DNA from: a bacterium
Lineage (GTDB): Bacteria > UBP7 > UBA6624 > JBBIMK01
NCBI GenBank assembly: GCA_037444445.1
Contig: JBBIMK010000022.1
Coordinates: 1,014-33,013 of the forward strand
DNA length: 32,000 nucleotides
Direction of reading: 5' to 3'
Within the stretch, counting starts at the first letter, position 1. Each line of letters starts with the position of its first letter. The notes under the pieces are model-generated. The model was not told the DNA's origin. It did no database searches and saw only the letters and a list, made by a program, of their open reading frames with translations. The position numbers and the translations under genes were made by a program. Shown in pieces: positions 8,506-15,619 of the stretch.

Positions 8506-9450
8506 ATGCCTCGCCCACCTCGCCTGGAATTTGAGGGTGCCTTCTACCATATCTTTTCCAGAGGGAATAACCGCCAGCCCATCTTTTACTCCGATGATGA
8601 CCGCAACTTCTTCCTGAAGGTTCTGGAGGAATGCCGGGAGAAATTTCAGGTGAAAATGTTCGCCTTCTGCCTGTTAACCACTCATTTCCACCTGCTCCTG
8701 GAAACGGAAAAGCCGAACCTCTCCAAACTCATGCATGACTTCCTCACCCGGTATGCCGTCTACATCAAGAGGAAGTATGCTGCGGAAGGGCATATATTTC
8801 AGGGGCGATATCACGCTATTTTGTGCGACAAGGACGCATATTTTCTGGCATTGACCCGGTATATCCACTTGAATCCTTATCGTGCAGGGTTGTGCGATAG
8901 GGCATCTGACTACCCCTGGAGCAGTTTTTCCGCTTATTTTAACTTACCCTGCAAATATCCACTGAAAATTGACACCTCTCCTCTCCTTCAGGTAGCGGGA
9001 GGGAGAGAAGCCTATTTCCGTTTCCTCCAAGATGAAATCGAAGGGCTCACACCGATGTGGGAACCCAGGGTTCATCGTGGTTTTCTGGGCTCTGCTGAAT
9101 TTATAAAAAAAGTGCTGGAAAGGGTGAAACGCAAGGGATGGGAAAAGATGAAACAGCGGGCTCTTCACGGGAGGTTCTGGCATCTGGAGAAAACCGCTCT
9201 GGAGCAACTGGTGAACGCAGTCAGCCAGTTTTACCAGATAAGTCCGGAAATGATTCGGGGGGCCTCTCGGGTCAGGAAAATAGCCAGAGCTCGGGGAGTT
9301 TTAGCCTATCTGGCGAGGCAAAAACTGGGGCTCAGTTTATCTTCTCTGGCGGAATATCTGGGTGGAGGGGAAGGGAAACTGTATTACTGGATGAGCAAGG
9401 TTCAGAGAAATGAAAAATGGAAACAAGAGGTGGAGAGAATTCTAAAATAA
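8506..9450 (+). CDS. REP-associated tyrosine (HUH/Y1, IS200-like) transposase-like protein with C-terminal DnaA-C-like HTH region
   Basis: 314 aa. N-terminal FYHIFSRGNNRQPIF, HUH motif THFHLLLE, GHIFQGRYHAIL, catalytic-Tyr region RYIHLNPYRAGL...YPWSS. C-terminal ARARGVLAYLARQKLGLSLSSLAEYLG resembles the DnaA domain IV-type HTH. No clear SD. Confidence 0.8.
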   Translation: MPRPPRLEFEGAFYHIFSRGNNRQPIFYSDDDRNFFLKVLEECREKFQVKMFAFCLLTTHFHLLLETEKPNLSKLMHDFLTRYAVYIKRKYAAEGHIFQGRYHAILCDKDAYFLALTRYIHLNPYRAGLCDRASDYPWSSFSAYFNLPCKYPLKIDTSPLLQVAGGREAYFRFLQDEIEGLTPMWEPRVHRGFLGSAEFIKKVLERVKRKGWEKMKQRALHGRFWHLEKTALEQLVNAVSQFYQISPEMIRGASRVRKIARARGVLAYLARQKLGLSLSSLAEYLGGGEGKLYYWMSKVQRNEKWKQEVERILK

Positions 9451-9489
9451 CTGAAATTTTGGGGTCTGACCCCAAACTATGACATTATT
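9446..9489. repeat. REP/REPIN-like palindrome, copy 2 (arms A/B chimera)
   Basis: aataactgaa-atttt-GGGGTCTGACCCC-aaact-atgacattatt. The TAA stop of 8506-9450 (9448-9450) lies inside the left arm. Confidence 0.85.
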
Positions 9490-9541
9490 TTGTAACTTTT
9501 TCCCCCGAGAGGAGTTGATATAGTATTGGAGGTGAAATAAA

Positions 9542-10417
9542 ATGACGGAGAAAATCCGCCGAATTTTTTTCTTGATGGTGGCTACGGTCTTCCTGGGGTT
9601 ATGGGTGTTTTCCCTCCCACTACTGGCTGGAGAAGCGGGGAAAGGGGAACGGGAGAAGATGATCTGGTTTGGCTCCTATCTTCAGCCCGCCAACCCTGAC
9701 ATCGCTAAAGGATTGTTGGAGGAGATTCAGCCCACGCCAGAACAGGTGCAGAAAATTCAAGCCCTGTATGAGGAGATGGGAAAAAATTTCCCACCCCTGG
9801 TGAAATCTTATCTGGACGGAATGAAGCAAATCGGAAAAACCATTTCCAAAAAGCCCCTCCAGGAAAAAGAACTGGACAATTCTTTGAAAGCATTCTTTGA
9901 GAACGAGCGAAAAATCTTAAAATCTGAAATTTCCTTCTGGGAATCCTTCCTGAAGATTTTAGGGGATGAGAAAGGAACTCATTTTATGGGGGGCTACTTT
10001 CAGCAAGCGAAGGAGAAAGGGCTAAGCCCGGTGCCGTTCATCGGCGCCATTCTGGCGCCCTTGCCCGAGGACACAGGGTCTGCTCTTGCCTTCTTCATTG
10101 AACTCCAGCCGGAGCAGTTGAACCAACTTACCCCTCTTCTCCCCAAATATGTAGACTCCTTCACTGCTCTGATTCCCGAATATGTGAACGGGCTGTCCTC
10201 GCTTATGCAAGAGTTCCAGAAGGGCTTCCCTTTCGCCTGGGATAAAATCCAGAAGAAAGCGGATGGACTTGTGGACACAGAAGCGAAATTGGTTCATCAT
10301 GAAGTGAGCCTCTGGAAGGATTTGAACGGAATCCTCACGGAGGACCAGGTAGCCATGTACTGGCCTGTATTCTTCTGGGAGAAGGTGAAGATGTTTCTTC
10401 CGGCGCCTCAAAAATAA
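9542..10417 (+). CDS. secreted protein with repeated LTXXQ-like (Spy/CpxP-type) motifs
   Basis: 291 aa. Signal-peptide-like N-terminus RRIFFLMVATVFLGLWVFSLPLLAGEA. Three helical segments carry xTPEQ/LQPEQ/LTEDQ motifs. Strong SD GGAGGTG 7 nt upstream of the ATG. Confidence 0.5.
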   Translation: MTEKIRRIFFLMVATVFLGLWVFSLPLLAGEAGKGEREKMIWFGSYLQPANPDIAKGLLEEIQPTPEQVQKIQALYEEMGKNFPPLVKSYLDGMKQIGKTISKKPLQEKELDNSLKAFFENERKILKSEISFWESFLKILGDEKGTHFMGGYFQQAKEKGLSPVPFIGAILAPLPEDTGSALAFFIELQPEQLNQLTPLLPKYVDSFTALIPEYVNGLSSLMQEFQKGFPFAWDKIQKKADGLVDTEAKLVHHEVSLWKDLNGILTEDQVAMYWPVFFWEKVKMFLPAPQK

Positions 10418-10455
10418 CTGAGATTTTGGGGTCTGACCCCATTTCCTCAGTTATT
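10413..10455. repeat. REP/REPIN-like palindrome, copy 3 (arms A/A)
   Basis: aataactgag-atttt-GGGGTCTGACCCC-atttc-ctcagttatt. It fills the whole gap between convergent genes. TAA 10415-10417 (+ gene) and TAA complement 10454-10456 (- gene) both lie in its arms. Confidence 0.9.
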
Positions 10456-11062
10456 ATAAGATGACGGTGGAACCGGAGAAAAGAGAGGCAAAGCGTTCCG
10501 CATCCTTCCGGTTTCCCACAATGTCACCCCAGTGCATAGGGACTACGGTAGCGGGATGAAAAGTATTGGCTGCCTTCGCCGCCTCCTCAGCGGTCATCAC
10601 ATAAACGCCGGAGACGGGCAAGAGGGCGATATCAATATTCTTCAGCCCATTCATTTCCGGGATGGCATCCGTATCGCCGGCGTGATAGATTCTCTTGCCA
10701 CCCACCGTGACCACATAACCCACCCATTGATTTTTTTTCGGGTGAAAGTCCTTATTCAGGTTATAGGCGGGCACCGCTTCTACGGTGACATCGCCCACGG
10801 TGAGAATGTCGCCGGGCTTCACAAACTTCAAACTTCCCGGCAACCCTTTGCAATCCGGAGTGGCAATGATGGCGGTCTGCTCCGTCGCCACCTTCTTCAC
10901 ATCCTCCACCGAGAAGTGGTCAAAATGAGAATGAGTAATGAGAATCAGGTCAGCCTTCTCCCCACTGGCGATTTTCCACGGGTCAAAATAAATCACCTTC
11001 CCGCCCATCTTCAGGTGAAAGGAGGCATGCCCCAGCCATTTCAATCCTTCTATACCTGCCAT
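10454..11062 (-). CDS. metallo-beta-lactamase-fold metal-dependent hydrolase (UPF0173-like)
   Basis: 202 aa. HxHxDH motif LILITHSHFDHF, a later His/Asp (YHAGDTD, VPMHWGD), and the size typical of small MBL-fold hydrolases. Confidence 0.8.
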   Translation of the reverse strand: MAGIEGLKWLGHASFHLKMGGKVIYFDPWKIASGEKADLILITHSHFDHFSVEDVKKVATEQTAIIATPDCKGLPGSLKFVKPGDILTVGDVTVEAVPAYNLNKDFHPKKNQWVGYVVTVGGKRIYHAGDTDAIPEMNGLKNIDIALLPVSGVYVMTAEEAAKAANTFHPATVVPMHWGDIVGNRKDAERFASLFSGSTVIL

Positions 11063-11199
11063 TTTTCATCACCCTAATAAAGTATACAGGTCGCCTGTGG
11101 AGGTGACAAGGGGAGCGACAGGTTCGCGCCGACTTCATCGGGACGAGGCTTACTCATCCCCTGCACCTCAGTTGTGAAACCGGATGCTGAACCCTGGAC

Positions 11200-11226
11200 T
11201 TGACTTGTTTTAAACTATGATATAAT
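11200..11226 (+). promoter_or_regulatory. sigma70-type promoter with extended -10 for the surface lipoprotein gene
   Basis: TTGACT (11200-11205), a 15-nt spacer, then TGaTATAAT (TG at 11218-11219, TATAAT at 11221-11226). The predicted TSS near 11233 leaves a ~36-nt leader containing GGAGG (11256-11260) before GTG 11269. Confidence 0.5.
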
Positions 11227-11268
11227 ACTATTTTGATGCTCGTCATTCACCATACGGAGGTGGAAATT

Positions 11269-14200
11269 GTGAAAAAGGGGAGCAGAGTTTTTTTCATCGG
11301 TGGGCTGGTGATTCTGTCGGTTTTCACGGGGTGCTGGGGGAATAACGCGCCGTTTCCACAACCCCCTGCCCCTGTGGCGTTTCTATCGGCTCTACCCGGT
11401 AATGGGCAGGCTATCCTGGACTGGAATGATTCCCCCGACCCCCATTTTGCGGGATATAATCTCTATCGCGCTCTGATTTCGGGAGGTCCCTATACGAAAC
11501 TCAACGCCACCCTGTTGTTAGGCTCTACTTACACCGATACTGGTTTGACCAACGGCACCACCTATTATTATGTGGTTCGTGTGATGAATAAGCAGGGTAT
11601 GGAGGGTCCGCCATCCGACCCAATCTCCGTGACGCCGAGGACGGATTTCACCCCTCCAGCCGCCCCTCAAGGGTTCACCGCCTTCGCCGGGGACAATTTC
11701 GTCCTCCTGAACTGGGCTCCCAACAACGAGCCCGACCTCTCCCATTACTTCCTTTACCGGAATACTTTCCCGGGCATTCCACAAACAGAAGCCTTCAGGA
11801 TTGCTCGCATCAACCCCGCGAACTCTTACAACGACGCCTCCGTCACCAACGGCACCACCTACTGGTATTGCGTCAGCGCTGTGGACACTTCTAATAACGA
11901 GAGCCCCTGCTCTATTGTTTTAATGGTAACCCCCGTATTAGACATCGTGGACCCGGTGGTGACGGTTCTTTCACCTAACGGCGGAGAGGTCATAGATAAC
12001 GGCTCGCCCACCCTACTCCAGTGGACTTCTTCGGATAATATCGGTGTTTTGGCCCAGGAGATTCGTTTATCCACCGATGGCGGTAATACTTATCCCACCG
12101 TGATTGCCACGGGTTTGCCCGGCGCCCAGCAATCCTACACCTGGAATGTGCCGAGCAATTTAGCCAGCACCACCGCCCGGATAAAAGTCATCGCCACGGA
12201 TGCTTCTGGAAATTCCGGTGAGGATGCTTCCGACGCCAACTTCACCATTCGGGACGGCGTTCCACCCTCTATACAGGTGAATTCCCCCAACGGGGATGAA
12301 ACATTTAATGCAGGCTCCCCGATGACCATTCAATGGACTTCTTCCGATAATATCGGCGTAACCGAGCAGAATGTTTTCCGCTCCTCCGATGGCGGAGCAA
12401 ACTGGCAGGCGGTGGAAGCCTGCCAGAACCTGCCCGGCAATGTTCAATCCTGCACTGTAACCCCGCCAGCAGATTTGAATAGCACCACTATGCGGGTGAA
12501 AGTAGAAGCAAAAGACGCAGCCGGCAACTCCAGCGAGGACGCCTCGGATGGCAACTTCACCATCCAGGATGTCACGAACCCCCTTGTTCAGGTTACTTAT
12601 CCCAACGGGGGTGAATCCTTCAATAACAATCAGCAGGTGGACATCACCTGGACCTCCAGCGACCCGAACCAGAGCAGTGGCTGGGGGCCCGCTGCGGTTG
12701 CAACCCAGACCGTGGCTTACTCCACGGATAATGGACAAACCTGGACTGACATAGGGGACTGTATCGGGCTTCCTGACACCGTTTTCAACTGCCCCTGGAC
12801 TGTTCCCAATGATGTGGCAACGACCCAGGCACTTGTGCGGGTCACCGTCACCGACACCGCCAATAATACCACTTCCGACTCTTCCGATGGCACTTTCACC
12901 ATCAATGACATCATTAACCCCACCGTCGCTGTGACTTCGCCCAACGGGGGTGAAACATTTAATGCAGGCTCCCCGATGACCATTCAATGGACTTCTTCCG
13001 ATAATATCGGCGTAACCGAGCAGAATGTTTTCCGCTCCTCCGATGGCGGAGCAAACTGGCAGGCGGTGGAAGCCTGCCAGAACCTGCCCGGCAATGTTCA
13101 ATCCTGCACTGTAACCCCGCCAGCAGATTTGAATAGCACCACTATGCGGGTGAAAGTAGAAGCAAAAGACGCAGCCGGCAACTCCAGCGAGGACGCCTCG
13201 GATGGCAACTTCACCATCCAGGATGTCACGAACCCCCTTGTTCAGGTTACTTATCCCAACGGGGGTGAATCCTTCAATAACAATCAGCAGGTGGACATCA
13301 CCTGGACCTCCAGCGACCCGAACCAGAGCAGTGGCTGGGGGCCCGCTGCGGTTGCAACCCAGACCGTGGCTTACTCCACGGATAATGGACAAACCTGGAC
13401 TGACATAGGGGACTGTATCGGGCTTCCTGACACCGTTTTCAACTGCCCCTGGACTGTTCCCAATGATGTGGCAACGACCCAGGCACTTGTGCGGGTCACC
13501 GTCACCGACACCGCAGGCTTGTCATCCTCCGACACCTCTGACGCTACTTTCACCATCGTGGATTCCATCCCCCCCAGTGTGACGGTGAATGCCCCCAACG
13601 GCGGTGAAAATGTTCCCGGCGGCGCTACTTATAACATCCAGTGGACCTCCAGCGATAACATCAGCATCACCGACCAGGATGCCTATGTTTCCACCGATTC
13701 CGGCGCCAACTGGGTGGCTATTTCTGAATGCCAGAATGTGGTGGGTCAGCAGTGCGCCTGGAATACACCCGCCATCAACAACACCACCTCCCGGGTTCGG
13801 GTTTGCGTCAATGATGGCGTCAACCCTGAAGTCTGCGACGATTCTGATGCGGATTTTTCTATCCTCACTGACACGACTCCACCGGAAACCACGATTACCT
13901 CCGGACCTGCCGAAGGCTCCTTCTCCAATCAAAATACCGCCACCTTTGAATTTACCGGTAATGACCCACCACCCAATCCTTCTGGTATCAACCGTCTTGA
14001 GTGCAACCTGGACAACGCTGGCTGGAATACCTGCACCTCACCTTTTACTACGCCGGCCCTCACGGATGGACTCCATAACTTCCAGGTCCGGGCTGTGGAT
14101 AACCTGGGCAACATAGATGCAACCCCGGATTTCAGAAACTGGACCGTGGATACTACACCTCCCGACCTCACCATCACCGCTCCCACTGCGAACGGCCATG

Positions 14201-15423
14201 TTGCCGGTGGAACAGGCTATCAAATCCAATGGACCTCCTCCGATGCAGTCTCTGGCCTGGCAGGCCACTCCAGCCTCCAGTATTCCACGGACAGCGGAAC
14301 GAACTGGACCGACATCCCCGAGGCGGAGTGTTCGGGCTACACCGCTCCCACCGCCCAGGATTGCACCTGGAATGTGCCGGCGAATCTCTGGACGCCGACC
14401 GCCACCGCAAAACTTCGCCTCACTGCTACAGATAATGCAGGAAACACCCGAACCTCTGAATCTGAACTCTTCTTATTTGACGATGTGAGCCCACCCACAC
14501 CACCCACTGTGATTGCTCCCAACGGTGGAGAAATGGTGGATGCCCCCTCCACCTATACCATTGAGTGGACCTCGCCCACGGATAATGTGGGAATCCAGAA
14601 CTGCGACATCCTGCTATCCACCGATGGCGGAGCCACCTACCCCACCACCATCGCCGCCGGCATCCCCTGCTCCACCTACGCCTGGAGTGTGAACCCTGAC
14701 CTCTTCACCGGCAAAGCCCGTATCCGCGTGGTCGCCCACGACCTCGCTGGTAATACCAGCGATGACGATTCTGACGCCAACTTCATTATCGTTTTCTACG
14801 AACGCTGGGAAAGTGAAGCAGACCCCACTGCATTTGGAGAACAACACCCCACAACCTTCCTAATGCGTTGGTGGCAATTCCTTTTTGGCGGTGATGCTAA
14901 CTGTCCAGGACCTCCAACCAATCCTTATAGATGGTATTTTGGAGATGACAATGGCGTCTTTGGTGCCCCACAGGGTAACCACTCTCCGAACTGGTTCCGC
15001 TGGGATGTGTGTAACAACGACCCGAATTACTATTATCCACCGGGTGATCAACTTGGCCTCGTTGCCGGGCCATTTGACTTCACCGATGCCACAGCGGGAA
15101 CTTTGAACCACAACTCCCAGTGGGCTTTTGACAACGAGGATATAGGCAGATTGCTCATCAGTGCTCCGCTGGCTTCCCCTACATCGGCGTGTAACACTGC
15201 TGCCACTTATTATTTGCTGGACCACATCACTGGCACAAGCCCGAACTTCGGAACGGCCTTTGAATCTATTTCTATTGACCTTTCCACCATCACCACTCCG
15301 GAGGGACCCGTTCTCGGCACCACCCGATGTATCGGTTTTATCACCTTTGATATAGATGGTGATGGAGACGGAGGAATCGGGTTCGGCTGGTTTATTGACG
15401 ACATCCGTGTAACCAAAAACTGA
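11269..15423 (+). CDS. large repeat-rich surface lipoprotein (FN3-like, many Ig-like SPNGGE/STDGG-type repeats, C-terminal jelly-roll-like domain)
   Basis: Track ORF 11233-15423. Preferred start is GTG 11269, 8 nt after GGAGG. Signal peptide plus lipobox-like VFTGC. Two FN3-like modules (YNLYRA...TTYYYVV, YFLYRN...TTYWYCV). About 10 repeats of ~105 aa (SPNGGE..W.SSDNIGV...STDGG..W...V.A.D.AGN). One ECNLD...C.SP...HNFQVRAVDNLGN Ig-like domain. C-terminus ends GFGWFIDDIRVTKN. Confidence 0.8.
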   Translation: MKKGSRVFFIGGLVILSVFTGCWGNNAPFPQPPAPVAFLSALPGNGQAILDWNDSPDPHFAGYNLYRALISGGPYTKLNATLLLGSTYTDTGLTNGTTYYYVVRVMNKQGMEGPPSDPISVTPRTDFTPPAAPQGFTAFAGDNFVLLNWAPNNEPDLSHYFLYRNTFPGIPQTEAFRIARINPANSYNDASVTNGTTYWYCVSAVDTSNNESPCSIVLMVTPVLDIVDPVVTVLSPNGGEVIDNGSPTLLQWTSSDNIGVLAQEIRLSTDGGNTYPTVIATGLPGAQQSYTWNVPSNLASTTARIKVIATDASGNSGEDASDANFTIRDGVPPSIQVNSPNGDETFNAGSPMTIQWTSSDNIGVTEQNVFRSSDGGANWQAVEACQNLPGNVQSCTVTPPADLNSTTMRVKVEAKDAAGNSSEDASDGNFTIQDVTNPLVQVTYPNGGESFNNNQQVDITWTSSDPNQSSGWGPAAVATQTVAYSTDNGQTWTDIGDCIGLPDTVFNCPWTVPNDVATTQALVRVTVTDTANNTTSDSSDGTFTINDIINPTVAVTSPNGGETFNAGSPMTIQWTSSDNIGVTEQNVFRSSDGGANWQAVEACQNLPGNVQSCTVTPPADLNSTTMRVKVEAKDAAGNSSEDASDGNFTIQDVTNPLVQVTYPNGGESFNNNQQVDITWTSSDPNQSSGWGPAAVATQTVAYSTDNGQTWTDIGDCIGLPDTVFNCPWTVPNDVATTQALVRVTVTDTAGLSSSDTSDATFTIVDSIPPSVTVNAPNGGENVPGGATYNIQWTSSDNISITDQDAYVSTDSGANWVAISECQNVVGQQCAWNTPAINNTTSRVRVCVNDGVNPEVCDDSDADFSILTDTTPPETTITSGPAEGSFSNQNTATFEFTGNDPPPNPSGINRLECNLDNAGWNTCTSPFTTPALTDGLHNFQVRAVDNLGNIDATPDFRNWTVDTTPPDLTITAPTANGHVAGGTGYQIQWTSSDAVSGLAGHSSLQYSTDSGTNWTDIPEAECSGYTAPTAQDCTWNVPANLWTPTATAKLRLTATDNAGNTRTSESELFLFDDVSPPTPPTVIAPNGGEMVDAPSTYTIEWTSPTDNVGIQNCDILLSTDGGATYPTTIAAGIPCSTYAWSVNPDLFTGKARIRVVAHDLAGNTSDDDSDANFIIVFYERWESEADPTAFGEQHPTTFLMRWWQFLFGGDANCPGPPTNPYRWYFGDDNGVFGAPQGNHSPNWFRWDVCNNDPNYYYPPGDQLGLVAGPFDFTDATAGTLNHNSQWAFDNEDIGRLLISAPLASPTSACNTAATYYLLDHITGTSPNFGTAFESISIDLSTITTPEGPVLGTTRCIGFITFDIDGDGDGGIGFGWFIDDIRVTKN
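12297..12860 (+). repeat. 564-bp exact direct repeat, copy 1 (within surface lipoprotein gene)
   Basis: Row-by-row comparison shows 12297-12860 is identical to 12951-13514 (offset 654 bp = 218 codons). Near-identity extends back to 12286 with one mismatch (12296 a versus 12950 g). Confidence 0.9.
12951..13514 (+). repeat. 564-bp exact direct repeat, copy 2
   Basis: Identical to 12297-12860. The 90 bp that follow each copy (12861-12950 versus 13515-13604) are diverged. Track ORFs 12548-12754 and 13202-13408 are identical, consistent with this. Confidence 0.9.
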
Positions 15424-15459
15424 ACATTCTCCCGCTGTTTTTTAGCGGGACAGGTTGCC

Positions 15460-15497
15460 CTGAGATTTTGGGGTCAGACCCCAAAATCTCAGTTATT
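15460..15497. repeat. REP/REPIN-like palindrome, copy 4 (perfect 16+1+16 hairpin; terminator-like)
   Basis: ctgagattttGGGGTCaGACCCCaaaatctcag followed by ttattttt. The left outer AATAA arm is missing. It lies 37 nt after the stop of the surface lipoprotein gene. A strong stem plus a T-rich tail on the + strand resembles an intrinsic terminator. A weaker hairpin cccgct-gtttttt-agcggg sits at 15431-15449. Confidence 0.85.
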
Positions 15498-15619
15498 TTT
15501 GCCTGTTGCCACTGAAAGCCTTTCGGGTGTAAACATTCTATCCTCCTTCTACCTCCTTTCCATTCTTTTTCTACTTCATTTTGCTCTACGCTTTTGTAGT
15601 AGAAGGACGGGTGGTAGAA

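Larger units (their letters stand above)
8438..9489 (+). mobile_element. REPtron-like unit 1: RayT-like gene bracketed by REP copies 1 and 2
   Basis: The HUH/Y1 gene 8506-9450 has a REP 25 nt upstream. A second REP overlaps its stop codon. Confidence 0.55.

Noticed and set aside
8105-8518. 137-aa minus-strand ORF overlapping the mtnA 3' end and REP copy 1.
   Set aside because: It is antisense to a strongly supported mtnA frame. Its product is a Gly/Asp/Val-rich low-complexity sequence.
10532-11077. 181-aa plus-strand ORF overlapping the MBL-fold gene.
   Set aside because: The minus-strand frame carries the HxHxDH metallo-beta-lactamase motif and a coherent fold pattern. The plus-strand product is Arg/His/Gly-rich with no motif.
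12160-13392. 410-aa minus-strand ORF antisense to the surface lipoprotein gene.
   Set aside because: It overlaps the well-supported plus-strand gene, which has domain repeats, a signal peptide and an SD. Its own repeat structure merely mirrors the 564-bp duplication. Its composition is low-complexity Gly/Arg-rich.
15431-15449. Hairpin cccgct-gtttttt-agcggg just after the surface lipoprotein stop, considered as an intrinsic terminator.
   Set aside because: It has only a 6-bp stem with no downstream U-tract. The adjacent perfect REP hairpin (15460-15497) with a T-rich tail is the more plausible terminator, so I do not call this separately.
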